This document shows positions 29,583-40,680 of a stretch of DNA of 64,000 nt, one piece after another. A program made the translations under genes and the position numbers. Under the pieces are notes generated by a model. The model saw only the letters and a list, made by a program, of their open reading frames with translations. It was not told the origin of the DNA and did not search any database. Every line of letters starts with the position of its first letter. The stretch's first letter is position 1. The stretch is from Candidatus Avamphibacillus sp. (GTDB lineage Bacteria > Bacillota > Bacilli > Bacillales > Amphibacillaceae), in NCBI GenBank assembly GCA_035301745.1, contig DATGTS010000064.1, forward strand, positions 13,317 through 77,316. The letters are read 5' to 3'.

Positions 29583-30509
29583 TCAAACACTCACGGCCGA
29601 TTCAAGTATCGTTAAAGCATTATTCCACGTGTTTAAATTTACAGTAGCTCCAATAGGGATGGATGCTTTATAAAAACCATGTGCAGAAGCAAGGTTTGTC
29701 ATTAAGGGTTTTCCAAGCGGAATTAAAAACTCATTGATTAAGTCTTCATATGATTCTCCGTAAGAATTCACACATCCTGTACATTCTCCCATGACAATAC
29801 CAATACAATCTTCAAATTTTCCAGCTAATTTAAGAGAGTTTAAGTATCGATATACTGTATTAATTGGTTCGTTTGTCTCTTCTAAAAAAAGAATTTTTCC
29901 CGTTGTATCGATTTCATAAGGAGTTCCAAGTGTCCCGATAAAAGAAGTTAAATTCCCACCAACAACAGGACCGGTTACATTGCCAGCCACTCGGCTTACT
30001 TGGGGGATAGTAGGAGGGTTTTGGATTTGTCTAGGGCTAGTAATAGTTGATGTCGCAGAGAAAAATTGATCATAATTGTATGCAGGCGTATTATAGGTAA
30101 AGTTAAGCAGTAATAAACTATGAAAAGTTATTAAATTAGAAAACTGGCTCAACGTATTTAATAGAACGGTAATGTCGCTATAGCCTGAGATTATTTTTGG
30201 ATTGTTTTTGATGGCGGAATAATCAAGATAAGGTAAAATCCCCTTTACACCAACACCGCCTCTGGTAGGAAGTATCATGTCTACTTCATCATTCATGAAC
30301 ATCTCCATCAAATCAGAAGCCCTCTCTTCATCTGTTCCCGCTAAAAACCCATCATAGGTGTAGACAGAATTTCCCAATATTATTTTGAAACCTAAATCGT
30401 TTAATGTTTGAATTCCAGTATTTATTGTGGTTGCCTCAAGTGGTGAGCCTAAAGTCACGATTCCGATTGTGTCACCTTGTTTGAGTATAGGTGGTTTTAT
30501 TTCCATCAT
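29583..30509 (-). CDS. S66 family LD-carboxypeptidase (LdcA/MccF-like)
   Basis: RGG.G, GYSDIT, GGNL, ILFLEE and AHG catalytic motifs. Confidence 0.9.
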   Translation of the reverse strand: MMEIKPPILKQGDTIGIVTLGSPLEATTINTGIQTLNDLGFKIILGNSVYTYDGFLAGTDEERASDLMEMFMNDEVDMILPTRGGVGVKGILPYLDYSAIKNNPKIISGYSDITVLLNTLSQFSNLITFHSLLLLNFTYNTPAYNYDQFFSATSTITSPRQIQNPPTIPQVSRVAGNVTGPVVGGNLTSFIGTLGTPYEIDTTGKILFLEETNEPINTVYRYLNSLKLAGKFEDCIGIVMGECTGCVNSYGESYEDLINEFLIPLGKPLMTNLASAHGFYKASIPIGATVNLNTWNNALTILESAVSV

Positions 30510-30691
30510 GCACATCTCCTTTGGTGAAAAATTGTCCCCATTTTAGGTTATTCAAAGAGGGGGAGATGTGTGTTGTAGAGAAATCCTATTTTAAAGTATC
30601 CCGCTAATGTTTTTGCTGGAGTCTCATATGTATCTTTTCTATCATGTTAATCTTTATAAATTTGAATAAAAAGTGAATTTATTAGAGAAAT

Positions 30692-30746
30692 AAAGGGTTT
30701 TTTAAGATTAATATCGAATATATCAAATAGGTATATTTACCTATTT
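30692..30746 (+). promoter_or_regulatory. sigmaH-like promoter with adjacent palindromic operator upstream of cas3
   Basis: AAAGGGTTT-N12-ATCGAAT; AAATAGGTA-TATT-TACCTATTT at 30725-30746. Confidence 0.45.
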
Positions 30747-30948
30747 TTGAATGCAAATGAATTTCAGTCTTATTTATAGGATTAAATTGGATATATTTCA
30801 AGGTAATTTTAAATATGAGGAATAACTTAACTTAGTTGATATATTTTTCGGGGAAAAAGGCATGCGGTGCACAAAAAAATGTATACCGTTTTTGATAAGA
30901 TAGTTAATAATCAACCAAATCATTTTTTAATAACGTTGTTAAAAGGGA

Positions 30949-33315
30949 GTGTATATTTTGTTACTAGCCCATATTAGGCAAAGTGATTATGCTGAGCAAT
31001 CTGTACAGACACATCTAGAAGAAGTTGCTTTATTAGCTCGAAAATATGGTGAATTTGCAAATTTAGGAGCCCATGCAGAACTCGCTGGATTCTTGCATGA
31101 CATGGGAAAGTTTACGATTCATTTTACTAAATATTTGAAGGACGCTGTGATAGAAGGAAAAATATCTAGCGAAAGGATTGATCATTCAACAGCGGGTGCG
31201 AAGTATCTATATGAACAATATTATGGAAAGAATAATGTTCAAAATTACGTTGTAGAAACCGTCGGTATGGCAATATTATCTCATCACTCAGGGTTACAAA
31301 ACTTTGTGCAACTTGATCAAAAGCCATCAGATTATTTAAGGCGAGTAGCAAATAAAAAATTACCCTTCTATGATGAAGTTATCAAAAATTTTGAATCTAT
31401 TAAAGGAAATATTGAAAGAGTAGAACGACTAATTGATGAAGCTGTACAAGAGTTTGAAGAATTTATGAAGCAGATAAAATCAATTGAAAAACCACTTGTT
31501 TATCTTAATCTGATGCAAAAATTAGTATTCAGCTGCTTAATTGATGCTGATCGAACAAACACACGCTGCTTTGAAGAAAATGAACTAAATAAACTATCTA
31601 ATAATGAGGGCGTTTTCCAAAAAGGATACAAACAGCTCATGGATACTGTGACTGCTTGGCAGGAAAATGTAACGCCAATCAATAAATTACGAAACGATAT
31701 GTCGGAAAGTTGTGACCGTTTTGCCAGCGAACCATCAGATATCTATACACTTACTATACCGACAGGCGGAGGAAAAACTTTTGCTAGTTTACGATATGCA
31801 TTAAAACATGCGCAAATTCATAGAAGGTCCCGGGTCATATATGTAGTTCCTTATACAACTATCCTAGAGCAAAATGCTAAAGCTGTAGCTGATATCATAA
31901 AGCAACCCGAAGCGGTACTTGAGCATCATGCGAATGTAGTAGAGGATGATAACTTAGATGGAGAACCGGACTATTATCAAATAAAACATCATAAACAACT
32001 TCAGTTAGGCAGAGATAATTGGGATTACCCAATAATTTTCACGACAATGGTTCAATTTTTGGATGCTTTCTATCAAAGGGGAACACGGAAAAGTCGAAGG
32101 TTACATAATTTGACAAACTCAGTGATTATCTTTGACGAAGTACAATCGGTTCCTTTTCAACATTATCCATTATTTAATGCAGCTGTTAATTTCCTGAACA
32201 AAGTAGGTAAAAGCAGTATTATATTATGCACCGCGACACAGCCGGCAGTGGATAAGATGAAACCCTCAATTGCATTGAAGGATGACGCCGAGATGGTTCC
32301 AAATCTAGTTGAGGTAGTAGAGGCGTTTAAAAGAGTTTCTATTCATAATAAAATCGAGACTGAGGGCTGGGATGCTGAAACGATTGCCGAATTTGTTGAA
32401 GAAATTATGAAAGACTCAGAATCTGCTTTGATTATTTTAAATACCAAAACGGCAGTGCGGAATTTATATAATTTATTAGCGGAACAGGAAACGACTTATG
32501 TTGTTCACTTAAGCACTTCGATGTGTCCTGCTCATCGTAAAAAGAAACTTGACGAAATTAGAGAGAAGCTAGGGAGAGAAAAGGTCATATGCATTAGCAC
32601 TCAACTTATAGAAGCTGGAGTCGATATTAGTTTTGAAACTGTCATCAGGTCATTAGCGGGTTTGGATTCTATTGCTCAAGCGGCGGGTCGTTGTAACCGT
32701 AACAGTGAATTTGAAAATGGTGATGTGTATATTATCCGTTCTCAAGATGAAAATCTATCAAAATTGCCTGAAATACGAATTGGAGGCGAAGTGACATTAA
32801 ATTATATTTTATCAGACTCCCGATATGCTGAAGATTTATTAAGTCCTGAAGCAATTAATACATATTTTAGTCATTTCCAAGCTCATGCAAAACGTGAAAT
32901 TCGAAAAACCCCAAAAGGTTTAGACTATGAGTTAATCGCCTTACTAGATGGTACGTTTGCTTCAAAGCAAAAACGTAAAACGTACTCCATTGGGATGTTT
33001 AAGACAGTGGAGCGTTATTTTGAAGCTATCGATTCTCCAACAACTTCTGTACTTGTTCCTTTTGACGAAGGGAAAGATATTATTTCCAGTTTGAACGATG
33101 GTATTCAAGATTCAATGCATTTTAATCAACTAATGAAGCGAGCTCAACAATATAGTGTTAACTTGTATGACCATGAACTACAATTACTAAGTTCAGAAGA
33201 TTTGATAGAACCACTTTATGATAACTCGATCTATTGTCTTAAGGAAAAAGCTTATAACGAGCAATATGGAGTGTCTATCGAGGGACAAGGGACGCTTGAA
33301 TCTTATAACTTTTAA
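30949..33315 (+). CDS. cas3: CRISPR-associated helicase/nuclease Cas3
   Basis: HD domain (LHDMGK, DHS, SHH), [19 protein letters not shown]. Confidence 0.96.
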   Translation: MYILLLAHIRQSDYAEQSVQTHLEEVALLARKYGEFANLGAHAELAGFLHDMGKFTIHFTKYLKDAVIEGKISSERIDHSTAGAKYLYEQYYGKNNVQNYVVETVGMAILSHHSGLQNFVQLDQKPSDYLRRVANKKLPFYDEVIKNFESIKGNIERVERLIDEAVQEFEEFMKQIKSIEKPLVYLNLMQKLVFSCLIDADRTNTRCFEENELNKLSNNEGVFQKGYKQLMDTVTAWQENVTPINKLRNDMSESCDRFASEPSDIYTLTIPTGGGKTFASLRYALKHAQIHRRSRVIYVVPYTTILEQNAKAVADIIKQPEAVLEHHANVVEDDNLDGEPDYYQIKHHKQLQLGRDNWDYPIIFTTMVQFLDAFYQRGTRKSRRLHNLTNSVIIFDEVQSVPFQHYPLFNAAVNFLNKVGKSSIILCTATQPAVDKMKPSIALKDDAEMVPNLVEVVEAFKRVSIHNKIETEGWDAETIAEFVEEIMKDSESALIILNTKTAVRNLYNLLAEQETTYVVHLSTSMCPAHRKKKLDEIREKLGREKVICISTQLIEAGVDISFETVIRSLAGLDSIAQAAGRCNRNSEFENGDVYIIRSQDENLSKLPEIRIGGEVTLNYILSDSRYAEDLLSPEAINTYFSHFQAHAKREIRKTPKGLDYELIALLDGTFASKQKRKTYSIGMFKTVERYFEAIDSPTTSVLVPFDEGKDIISSLNDGIQDSMHFNQLMKRAQQYSVNLYDHELQLLSSEDLIEPLYDNSIYCLKEKAYNEQYGVSIEGQGTLESYNF

Positions 33316-33328
33316 GGAGGTGATACAT

Positions 33329-34054
33329 ATGAGAAATCAAATTGAGTTTGTCGTACATGGGAAGTATGCTCTATTTACAGATCCAGTGACACGTATTGGC
33401 GGTGAGAAGTTTACTTATCAAATTCCCACTTATCAGGCATTAAAAGGGATTGTTGAATCCGTTTATTGGAAACCGACGATAACCTGGTATATCGATGAAG
33501 TCCGAGTCATGAATCCTATTCAAACGGAAGTTAAAGCGGTGCGCCCAATCAAATATCAAAATGACGATAATGACTTAATGTATTATACGTACTTAAGGAA
33601 TCCCGCTTATCAAGTGCGCGCGCATTTTAAATTTAACGAGAACAGACCTGATCTTGCTTATGACCGTAATGAACATAAACATCATAATATAGCCAAGAGA
33701 GCTGTTAAAAGAGGTGGACGAAGAGATATATTTTTAGGAACTAGAGAGTGCCAAGGTTATGTAGAAGCCTGCCAATTTGGAGAAGGAGAAAGTTTCTACG
33801 ATAATTACGGAGAAATCAGTTTTGGTATGATGTTCCATGGATTTACTTATCCAGACGAGGGAGATCAAGAATCATTTAAAGCACGCCTATGGACGCCTAC
33901 TATGAAGGATGGCATTATTTCATTTATTCGTCCTGAAGATTGCGAGATTGTTAGAACGATACACAAAGATAAAATAAAACCGTTTAAAAAAGGGACTAAC
34001 TTTACTTCGGTGGATGAAGAATATGATTCTATATTTAAGGAGGTGAACAGATGA
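33329..34054 (+). CDS. cas5: type I-C Cas5 (Cas5d)
   Basis: [26 protein letters not shown]; RBS AGGAGG before ATG 33329. Confidence 0.95.
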   Translation: MRNQIEFVVHGKYALFTDPVTRIGGEKFTYQIPTYQALKGIVESVYWKPTITWYIDEVRVMNPIQTEVKAVRPIKYQNDDNDLMYYTYLRNPAYQVRAHFKFNENRPDLAYDRNEHKHHNIAKRAVKRGGRRDIFLGTRECQGYVEACQFGEGESFYDNYGEISFGMMFHGFTYPDEGDQESFKARLWTPTMKDGIISFIRPEDCEIVRTIHKDKIKPFKKGTNFTSVDEEYDSIFKEVNR

Positions 34055-35967
34055 GCTGGTTGCAGGAATTAGCTAAGGTTTATGATCATAATGCCGAACG
34101 AGTTGGTAAATTCGAGGAACGACGTAAGCAGCGTATCACATTACTTCCTGTTTCACATGTGATGCAAAGTGCCCAGATTGAAATATTAGTTACATCAAGT
34201 GGAGAATTTCAAAACGCAAAAGTTATTGAAAAAGAAAATGCACGTACAATTGTACCAGCAACAACGGATTCAGCAAATAGGAGTAACAAAAGTGCGCCGC
34301 ATTATATTCATGATAAATTACAGTATGTTGCAGGGGATTATGTGGACTATGGCGGCCCTGCAAAACATAAGGAACATTTTGATGATTACTTAAGACAAAT
34401 GGAAGAATGGGTCCTGTCAATAAATGCACCTCAAAAAGTAAAATCTATTTACGCTTATGTCTCAAAAGGAAGAGTTATTGAGGATTTGGTTAAGGCAAAA
34501 ATATTGCCTGTTAATAAAGATAATATATTAATTGATAAATGGTCTTCAAGGGAAGCTGGAGAGAGACCTGAAATTTATAAGGTGACACCAGGTGGGGCAT
34601 TGTCAGCTTTTGTCCGATTTGATGTTGTGCATAGTTCTCCGGAAGATTCTGTTGTATGGGAGGACAAACAGTTATTTAATAATTTTATTCAGTTTTTAGA
34701 AGAGAACCAGGAACAAGAAAGTGGATATTGTTACGTTACTTCAGAGTATACAAATTTAACAACACAGCATGGTTCACGTATCCGTAATGCAGGAGATATG
34801 GCTAAGTTAATATCTGGTAATGATCATACTGGTTTTACATATCGCGGTCGTTTTAGTAAACCGACAGAAGCGGTTCAGATAGGATATGAAGTCTCACAAA
34901 AAGCGCATCATGCATTAAGATGGCTTTTGCAGAGGCAAGGAACATATGTTGATTCACGTTATTTTGTTTCCTTTGGAATTGAAGAACCCGATGTACTTGA
35001 GCCTTTTGATAGTACGTTTGATCTTTTTGAAGAGGATATTTTTGCTCAAGAGTTACAGGAGCTAGGTAAAGAACAAGTATTGACGGAAGAAATTGTGAGT
35101 GAAGAACTAAATAAAGGTTTACAGGGAAAGACTCATGAAGTAAAAAAAGAGAGTCTGGAAGATATTATTGTGATAGGTTTAGATGCAGCTACTAGGGGTA
35201 GGTTGGCAATTGTTTACTATCAACAACTAAAAGCCGATATGTTTTATGAATCCATTCTAAACTGGCATACAACATGCCAGTGGATTCAAAGTTATAAAGA
35301 AGAAGGATCAAATAAAATTAAATCATATGTAGGTACACCTTCAACTTACCGTATAGCAGAAGCCATTTATGGGAGTAAAGCAGACAGCAGAATAAAGAAA
35401 GATTTATATACCCGCTTACTGCCCTGTATCGTGGAACAAAAACCAATACCAAAAGATATTGTACGAACTATTTTTAACCGAGTGAAAAATCCATTTAGTT
35501 TTAATAACCCAATGGAATCCTGGCACTCAACACTCAATATAGCATGTGCGTTGATTAATAAACAGTATGAAAGTGAGGGATATACAGTGGCTTTACAGAA
35601 AGAAAATAATTCACGAGATTACTTATTTGGCCGGTTGTTAGGTATTGCTGAGGTCATGGAAAGAAGGATATTGCAAGAGAGGCAGGACAATAGGTCTACA
35701 AATGCAACACGCTATTTCAATGCTTTTTCCCAGCATCCTGCTCGAACTTGGCTTGTGATACGCAAACAGCTATCACCGTATTTTGAGCGTTCTGGCTATA
35801 GTGCTGGCTATTACTCGATGCTTCTTCAAAAGATTGAAGATCGAATAACAATAGAGAATATGACAAATGAACCACTCAGTCCTATATTCTTATTAGGGTA
35901 CAGCAGTCAGATTCAAGAGTTATATACAAAAAAGGGGGAAAATAAAGATGACAGTATTGAAGCATAA
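34051..35967 (+). CDS. cas8c: type I-C Cas8c (Csd1)
   Basis: [41 protein letters not shown]. Confidence 0.95.
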   Translation: MSWLQELAKVYDHNAERVGKFEERRKQRITLLPVSHVMQSAQIEILVTSSGEFQNAKVIEKENARTIVPATTDSANRSNKSAPHYIHDKLQYVAGDYVDYGGPAKHKEHFDDYLRQMEEWVLSINAPQKVKSIYAYVSKGRVIEDLVKAKILPVNKDNILIDKWSSREAGERPEIYKVTPGGALSAFVRFDVVHSSPEDSVVWEDKQLFNNFIQFLEENQEQESGYCYVTSEYTNLTTQHGSRIRNAGDMAKLISGNDHTGFTYRGRFSKPTEAVQIGYEVSQKAHHALRWLLQRQGTYVDSRYFVSFGIEEPDVLEPFDSTFDLFEEDIFAQELQELGKEQVLTEEIVSEELNKGLQGKTHEVKKESLEDIIVIGLDAATRGRLAIVYYQQLKADMFYESILNWHTTCQWIQSYKEEGSNKIKSYVGTPSTYRIAEAIYGSKADSRIKKDLYTRLLPCIVEQKPIPKDIVRTIFNRVKNPFSFNNPMESWHSTLNIACALINKQYESEGYTVALQKENNSRDYLFGRLLGIAEVMERRILQERQDNRSTNATRYFNAFSQHPARTWLVIRKQLSPYFERSGYSAGYYSMLLQKIEDRITIENMTNEPLSPIFLLGYSSQIQELYTKKGENKDDSIEA

Positions 35968-36823
35968 GATTGATTTTGCAGTTGTATTTACAGTGAATAA
36001 GGCGAATCCTAATGGTGATCCTTTAAATGGCAACCGCCCACGTCAAGATTTTTTTGGACATGGTGAAGTATCAGATGTGGCGATTAAACGAAAGTTAAGA
36101 AATCGTCTTCAAGACGAAGGTGAACCAATACTGGTACAGTCAGATGAACGACGATCAGATGAATATCGAAGTATTAAAGATCGTGTAAATTCCGTGGAAG
36201 AACTTAAAAAACTATTAACAAAAGCAAAGGCAACGGGCACTGATGAACAAACGGCAGAAATGATTGCAAGCGAGACATGGTACGATGTTCGCGCTTTTGG
36301 TCAAGTGTTTGCTTTTAAAGGCACTAAAATGTCTATAGGGATACGAGGTCCTGTATCAATTCATACTGCGACTAGTATTGAACCTGTTGATATTTCAAGC
36401 ATGCAGATAACTAAAAGTGCCAATTCTATTACAAACACGAAAAACCCTGGACAAAAAACATCGGATACAATGGGAACGAAGCATAGAGTAGATTTCGGTG
36501 TATATGTTTTTTATGGCAGTATAAATCCACAACTTGCTGAAAGAACTGGCTTTACTTATGAAGATGCAGAAAAACTAAAAGAAGCATTAAAAACCTTATT
36601 CGCCAATGACGCATCTTCTTCAAGACCTGATGGGAGTATGGAAGTTAACAAAGTATTCTGGTGGGAACATAATTCAAAATTAGGTCAATACTCTTCAGCT
36701 GCAGTCCATCGATCAGTGTCTGTAGAAAAAGTAAAAGGTGATTTACCAGAATCCATTGATAATTATGAGATTAGAGTGGATAAATTAGATGATTTGGATG
36801 TTCAGGTATATGATGGGCTATAA
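35948..36823 (+). CDS. cas7: type I-C Cas7 (Csd2)
   Basis: NPNGDPLNGNRPR, DVRAFGQV, TMG.KH. Confidence 0.95.
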   Translation: MTVLKHKIDFAVVFTVNKANPNGDPLNGNRPRQDFFGHGEVSDVAIKRKLRNRLQDEGEPILVQSDERRSDEYRSIKDRVNSVEELKKLLTKAKATGTDEQTAEMIASETWYDVRAFGQVFAFKGTKMSIGIRGPVSIHTATSIEPVDISSMQITKSANSITNTKNPGQKTSDTMGTKHRVDFGVYVFYGSINPQLAERTGFTYEDAEKLKEALKTLFANDASSSRPDGSMEVNKVFWWEHNSKLGQYSSAAVHRSVSVEKVKGDLPESIDNYEIRVDKLDDLDVQVYDGL

Positions 36824-37469
36824 GGAAGGGGAGTATTTGTTATTATCTGGAATACAACATTATGCCTTTTGCAGAAGACAATGGGCATTGATTCATATTG
36901 AACAAGAATGGGAAGAAAACGTTCTAACAGTGGAAGGGAATAAGCTTCATGAAAAAGTTGATAATCCTTCTATACGGGAGAAACGGGGTGATACCCTGTT
37001 TGTCCGAGCTCTTCCTGTTCACTCCAGAGAATTAGGAATCAACGGTGTATGTGATATGGTTGAATTCATTCAAGATTATAATGGTATTTCATTAAATCAT
37101 GAAGAGGGTCTTTATCGGGTTAAGCCGATTGAGTACAAACGAGGAAAACCAAAGACACATGATGCAGATGTTTTACAAATAGTTGCTCAAAGCATCTGTT
37201 TGGAAGAAATGCTAGCGACGACAATTCATGAGGCAGAGTTTTATTATAACGAACTCAAACGTCGTGAAACTGTTGAGATAACAGATAAGATGAGGCAACG
37301 TGTAAAAGATATGTTAAAGGAAATGCATCATTATTATCAAAAACGCTATACTCCTCGGGTAAAAACAGGGAAACATTGCCTGCGTTGCTCACTGAAGAAT
37401 ATCTGTTTACCAGAGCTTTTGAATAGAGAAAAGGTATCATCATATATGAATAGGATGTTAGAAAATTGA
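36810..37469 (+). CDS. cas4: Cas4 exonuclease
   Basis: SGIQHYAFCRRQWAL, EYKRG, C-terminal Cys cluster CLRCSLKNIC. Confidence 0.95.
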   Translation: MMGYKEGEYLLLSGIQHYAFCRRQWALIHIEQEWEENVLTVEGNKLHEKVDNPSIREKRGDTLFVRALPVHSRELGINGVCDMVEFIQDYNGISLNHEEGLYRVKPIEYKRGKPKTHDADVLQIVAQSICLEEMLATTIHEAEFYYNELKRRETVEITDKMRQRVKDMLKEMHHYYQKRYTPRVKTGKHCLRCSLKNICLPELLNREKVSSYMNRMLEN

Positions 37470-38497
37470 AGCAATTATTAAACACCGTCTATGTTTCGAG
37501 GCCTGATATATATTTAGCATTAAAGGGAAAAAATCTTAACTTATTAAATGCGAATGAATCTATTGCACGTATCCCGCTGCATAACATTGAAGCGATTTGT
37601 ACTTTCGGGCATCAAGGAGCAAGTCCTGCATTAATGGAGAAATGTATGAAGCAAAATATAAGTTTAACCTTTTTCACCAGTACTGGTAGATTCCGTGGCC
37701 GGTTAACAGGAGAGATGAATGGAAATGTTATTTTGCGAAAGAAACAATACCGACTTTCAGATGATGAAAGAGAAAGTGTTAGCATCGCAAAACATATGAT
37801 TATAGGGAAAATATTTAACAGTGAACAATTGTTAAAAAGAACCGTGAGAGACCATGCATTAAGGGTAGATGTGGATCGAATTAATCGGGTTATAAATAAA
37901 CTTCGTGAGTCCCGGTTAGGTGCTATCGAATGTAATGATTTAGAAGAAATGCGGGGTATTGAAGGAAATGCAGCCAGTACTTATTACAGTGTATTCAATG
38001 AATGCATCTTGCAACAAAAGGATATTTTTCTTTTCCGTGGCCGCAATCGCAGACCACCTTTAGATCCCGTCAATGCTTTATTGTCTTTTGCTTATTCACT
38101 CTTGGCATCAGAGACGGCTGCTGCACTTGAAGGAGTAGGGCTTGATTCTTATGTAGGTTTTCTACACCGTGATCGACCGGGAAGAGCTTCATTAGCGCTA
38201 GATTTAATGGAAGAATTACGCTCGATCATTGCTGATAGGTTTGTTTTAAAAATAATAAATCGTAAACAAATAAATGCTAAAGACTTTATTGTTAAAGAAA
38301 ATAGGGCGGTCATTCTTACTGATGAGGCAAGACGTCGTTTTTTACAATTATGGCAAGAAGAAAAACAACAAAAAATCACACATCCTTATTTAAAAGAAAA
38401 AATACAATGGGGATTAGTGCCTCATGCTCAAGCATTACTATTGGCTCGGTATTTAAGAGGGGATCTTGATGCCTACCCTCCAATTTTGATAAGGTAG
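37466..38497 (+). CDS. cas1: type I-C Cas1 integrase
   Basis: RGIEG.AA, RNRRPPLDPVNALLSF, GFLH, LALDLMEELR. Confidence 0.96.
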   Translation: MKQLLNTVYVSRPDIYLALKGKNLNLLNANESIARIPLHNIEAICTFGHQGASPALMEKCMKQNISLTFFTSTGRFRGRLTGEMNGNVILRKKQYRLSDDERESVSIAKHMIIGKIFNSEQLLKRTVRDHALRVDVDRINRVINKLRESRLGAIECNDLEEMRGIEGNAASTYYSVFNECILQQKDIFLFRGRNRRPPLDPVNALLSFAYSLLASETAAALEGVGLDSYVGFLHRDRPGRASLALDLMEELRSIIADRFVLKIINRKQINAKDFIVKENRAVILTDEARRRFLQLWQEEKQQKITHPYLKEKIQWGLVPHAQALLLARYLRGDLDAYPPILIR

Positions 38498-38507
38498 GTG
38501 GTAGACT

Positions 38508-38798
38508 ATGTTAGTCCTAGTAACTTACGATGTGCAAACATATACAAGTAGTGGTAAAAAGCGTTTACGAAAAGTTGCAAAGAAGTGTGAGGAATATGGT
38601 GTGCGAGTGCAAAATTCTGTGTTCGAATGTATTGTAGATAATACGCAATTGCGACAACTTGAATTCGCTTTGGAAGATATAATAGATCCCGAAGTTGATA
38701 GTTTACGTTATTATCGTTTAGGTAAAAATCATGAAGCAAAAGTGAAACATGTAGGAGCTAAACCTGCTATCAAGGTTGATAAGCCACTGATTTTTTAA
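38508..38798 (+). CDS. cas2: Cas2
   Basis: VLVTYDV, RVQNSVFEC, DSLRYYRLG. Confidence 0.96.
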   Translation: MLVLVTYDVQTYTSSGKKRLRKVAKKCEEYGVRVQNSVFECIVDNTQLRQLEFALEDIIDPEVDSLRYYRLGKNHEAKVKHVGAKPAIKVDKPLIF

Positions 38799-38959
38799 CA
38801 AAGGCGAACCTTAAGTGGACATAAAAATATAGAGAGGTTCGCGCAATTTTTGTATGATATTGATCAATAAAGTAATTATAAAGTATTTTTGTGAATAAAT
38901 TTATATTAGTATAAACACGATATATAGTAGTTTGTTATTTAGAATGTCTATATGTCGCA
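38799..38959 (+). promoter_or_regulatory. CRISPR leader with type I-C inverted motif
   Basis: AT-rich; GCGAACCT (38804-38811)...AGGTTCGC (38835-38842) inverted repeat. Confidence 0.8.
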
Positions 38960-40140
38960 GTCGCTCCCTTCATAGGGAGTGTGGATTGAAATCATACGTC
39001 TACAAGCGACTCCCATACGGCTATCGTCGCTCCCTTCATAGGGAGTGTGGATTGAAATTCGGTTTCCCTCGTCATCGCCTTCCGACTTTTGCACGTCGCT
39101 CCCTTCATAGGGAGTGTGGATTGAAATTTATGCTAGTCGGTTTTATACCGATGATTGTAGCGTCGCTCCCTTCATAGGGAGTGTGGATTGAAATCTCAAC
39201 AATATTGGCGCTACCCTCATACGGTAGCCACGTCGCTCCCTTCATAGGGAGTGTGGATTGAAATTTTCTTATGACCCTCACAATAGAATGCATCAGTCAG
39301 GTCGCTCCCTTCATAGGGAGTGTGGATTGAAATAAAAGTGACGATTTGACTGAGGAACAGCTTAATTTGTCGCTCCCTTCATAGGGAGTGTGGATTGAAA
39401 TCAAATGTCATTAAACCCTGGCATTTTATACGCTCGTCGCTCCCTTCATAGGGAGTGTGGATTGAAATACGATTTAGTGATACTATCTGGGAATGGGATG
39501 GTGGTCGCTCCCTTCATAGGGAGTGTGGATTGAAATTTTGACGTTCCTTTGCATATGGTCAATGAACTAGAAGTCGCTCCCTTCATAGGGAGTGTGGATT
39601 GAAATATGGGGCATCCACTTTGCCCCTTGTCCTAACTGTGGTCGCTCCCTTCATAGGGAGTGTGGATTGAAATTAAAAATAGAGCCAACGCCCCTAAACC
39701 CGCTCCAGTCGCTCCCTTCATAGGGAGTGTGGATTGAAATGCGCTCTCGATTAGTCATTCCTGCATCGTTGTACGTCGCTCCCTTCATAGGGAGTGTGGA
39801 TTGAAATCTGAAGAATACAAACAATATATGTGAATACCGTGTCGCTCCCTTCATAGGGAGTGTGGATTGAAATATTACAAAATCCAACGGGGCAAACAGC
39901 AAACGCAGTCGCTCCCTTCATAGGGAGTGTGGATTGAAATTTATGGAGGGGAAGCAATGCACGAATTAATAACAGTCGCTCCCTTCATAGGGAGTGTGGA
40001 TTGAAATCGTGCACAAAAATATCATAAATTCAGAAGCGAGTCGCTCCCTTCATAGGGAGTGTGGATTGAAATTCGATAAATATCTGTGACTGGTTCGGTA
40101 AAAAGGCGTCGCTCCCTTCATAGGGAGTGTGAATTAAGAT
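38960..40140 (+). CRISPR. type I-C CRISPR array, 18 repeats and 17 spacers
   Basis: 33-bp repeat GTCGCTCCCTTCATAGGGAGTGTGGATTGAAAT x17 plus a degenerate terminal copy at 40108-40140; unique spacers of 32-37 bp. Confidence 0.98.
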
Positions 40141-40396
40141 TTACACGTTGCTGGACTTTAATAGTAATGGGTATTTTGGAGGTTTAGGGAGCTTTAAGCG
40201 AAAAGGATATAAAAACAGGAAAAAGTATATAATAGAACGATATGGTATATGTCTTGTAATTTTAAGTAAACATTACATCGTTTTATTATAGTTAGCATTA
40301 ATAACGGAGAAAACCTATTCTTAGGAAATAATTTCTCCATTTTATTTTGTCAAATTTAATTGGATACCAGCTTTGAATATTTAAAACTAGAAGAAG

Positions 40397-40496
40397 TTCA
40401 CAGAGTATTCACAAAAACTTCATTGAATTGTCATATTTTATTCATCTTCCGTTCATTGTTTTATGTTATTGACATTGTTATATTTAATAGTATAGT
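40397..40496 (+). promoter_or_regulatory. six 11-bp-phased direct repeats followed by a sigmaA-like promoter
   Basis: TTCACA 40397, TTCACA 40408, TTCATT 40419, GTCATA 40430, TTCATC 40441, TTCATT 40452; TTGACA(40469)-N16-TATAGT. Confidence 0.65.
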
Positions 40497-40680
40497 GTAT
40501 AGAATCCTTTTTAGAAGGATTTTTAATTAAAACGGGGAATGATGCAGATATTACTATATGCTTTGTGGCAGCTGTTTATAGACTACATACTACCCGTCCA
40601 TTAGTAAAAAAAGGAGGGGATACTTAACCGCTTTCGGCATAATTTATTAAGTTTATTTTAACACAGGAGGAAAGTAAAGT

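Noticed and set aside
30540-30948. CreTA/CreR-like degenerate mini-array near cas3
   Set aside because: No sequence resembling the repeat hairpin or its ATTGAAAT handle was found
39402-39435. Spacer 7 shares ATTAAACCCTGGCAT (15 bp) with the hairpin at 16051-16065, possible self-targeting
   Set aside because: The PAM-proximal 8 nt match only 4/8, there is no TTC PAM at the right position, and the 3' end mismatches; compatible with chance
38932-39957. ORFs of 62-83 aa overlapping the CRISPR array
   Set aside because: Translations are periodic products of the repeat (RSLHRECGLK, FQSTLPMKGAT)
40520-40600. Cobalamin riboswitch call for the isd leader
   Set aside because: Only fragments resemble the consensus; the B12 box and T-loop hairpin are not recognisable
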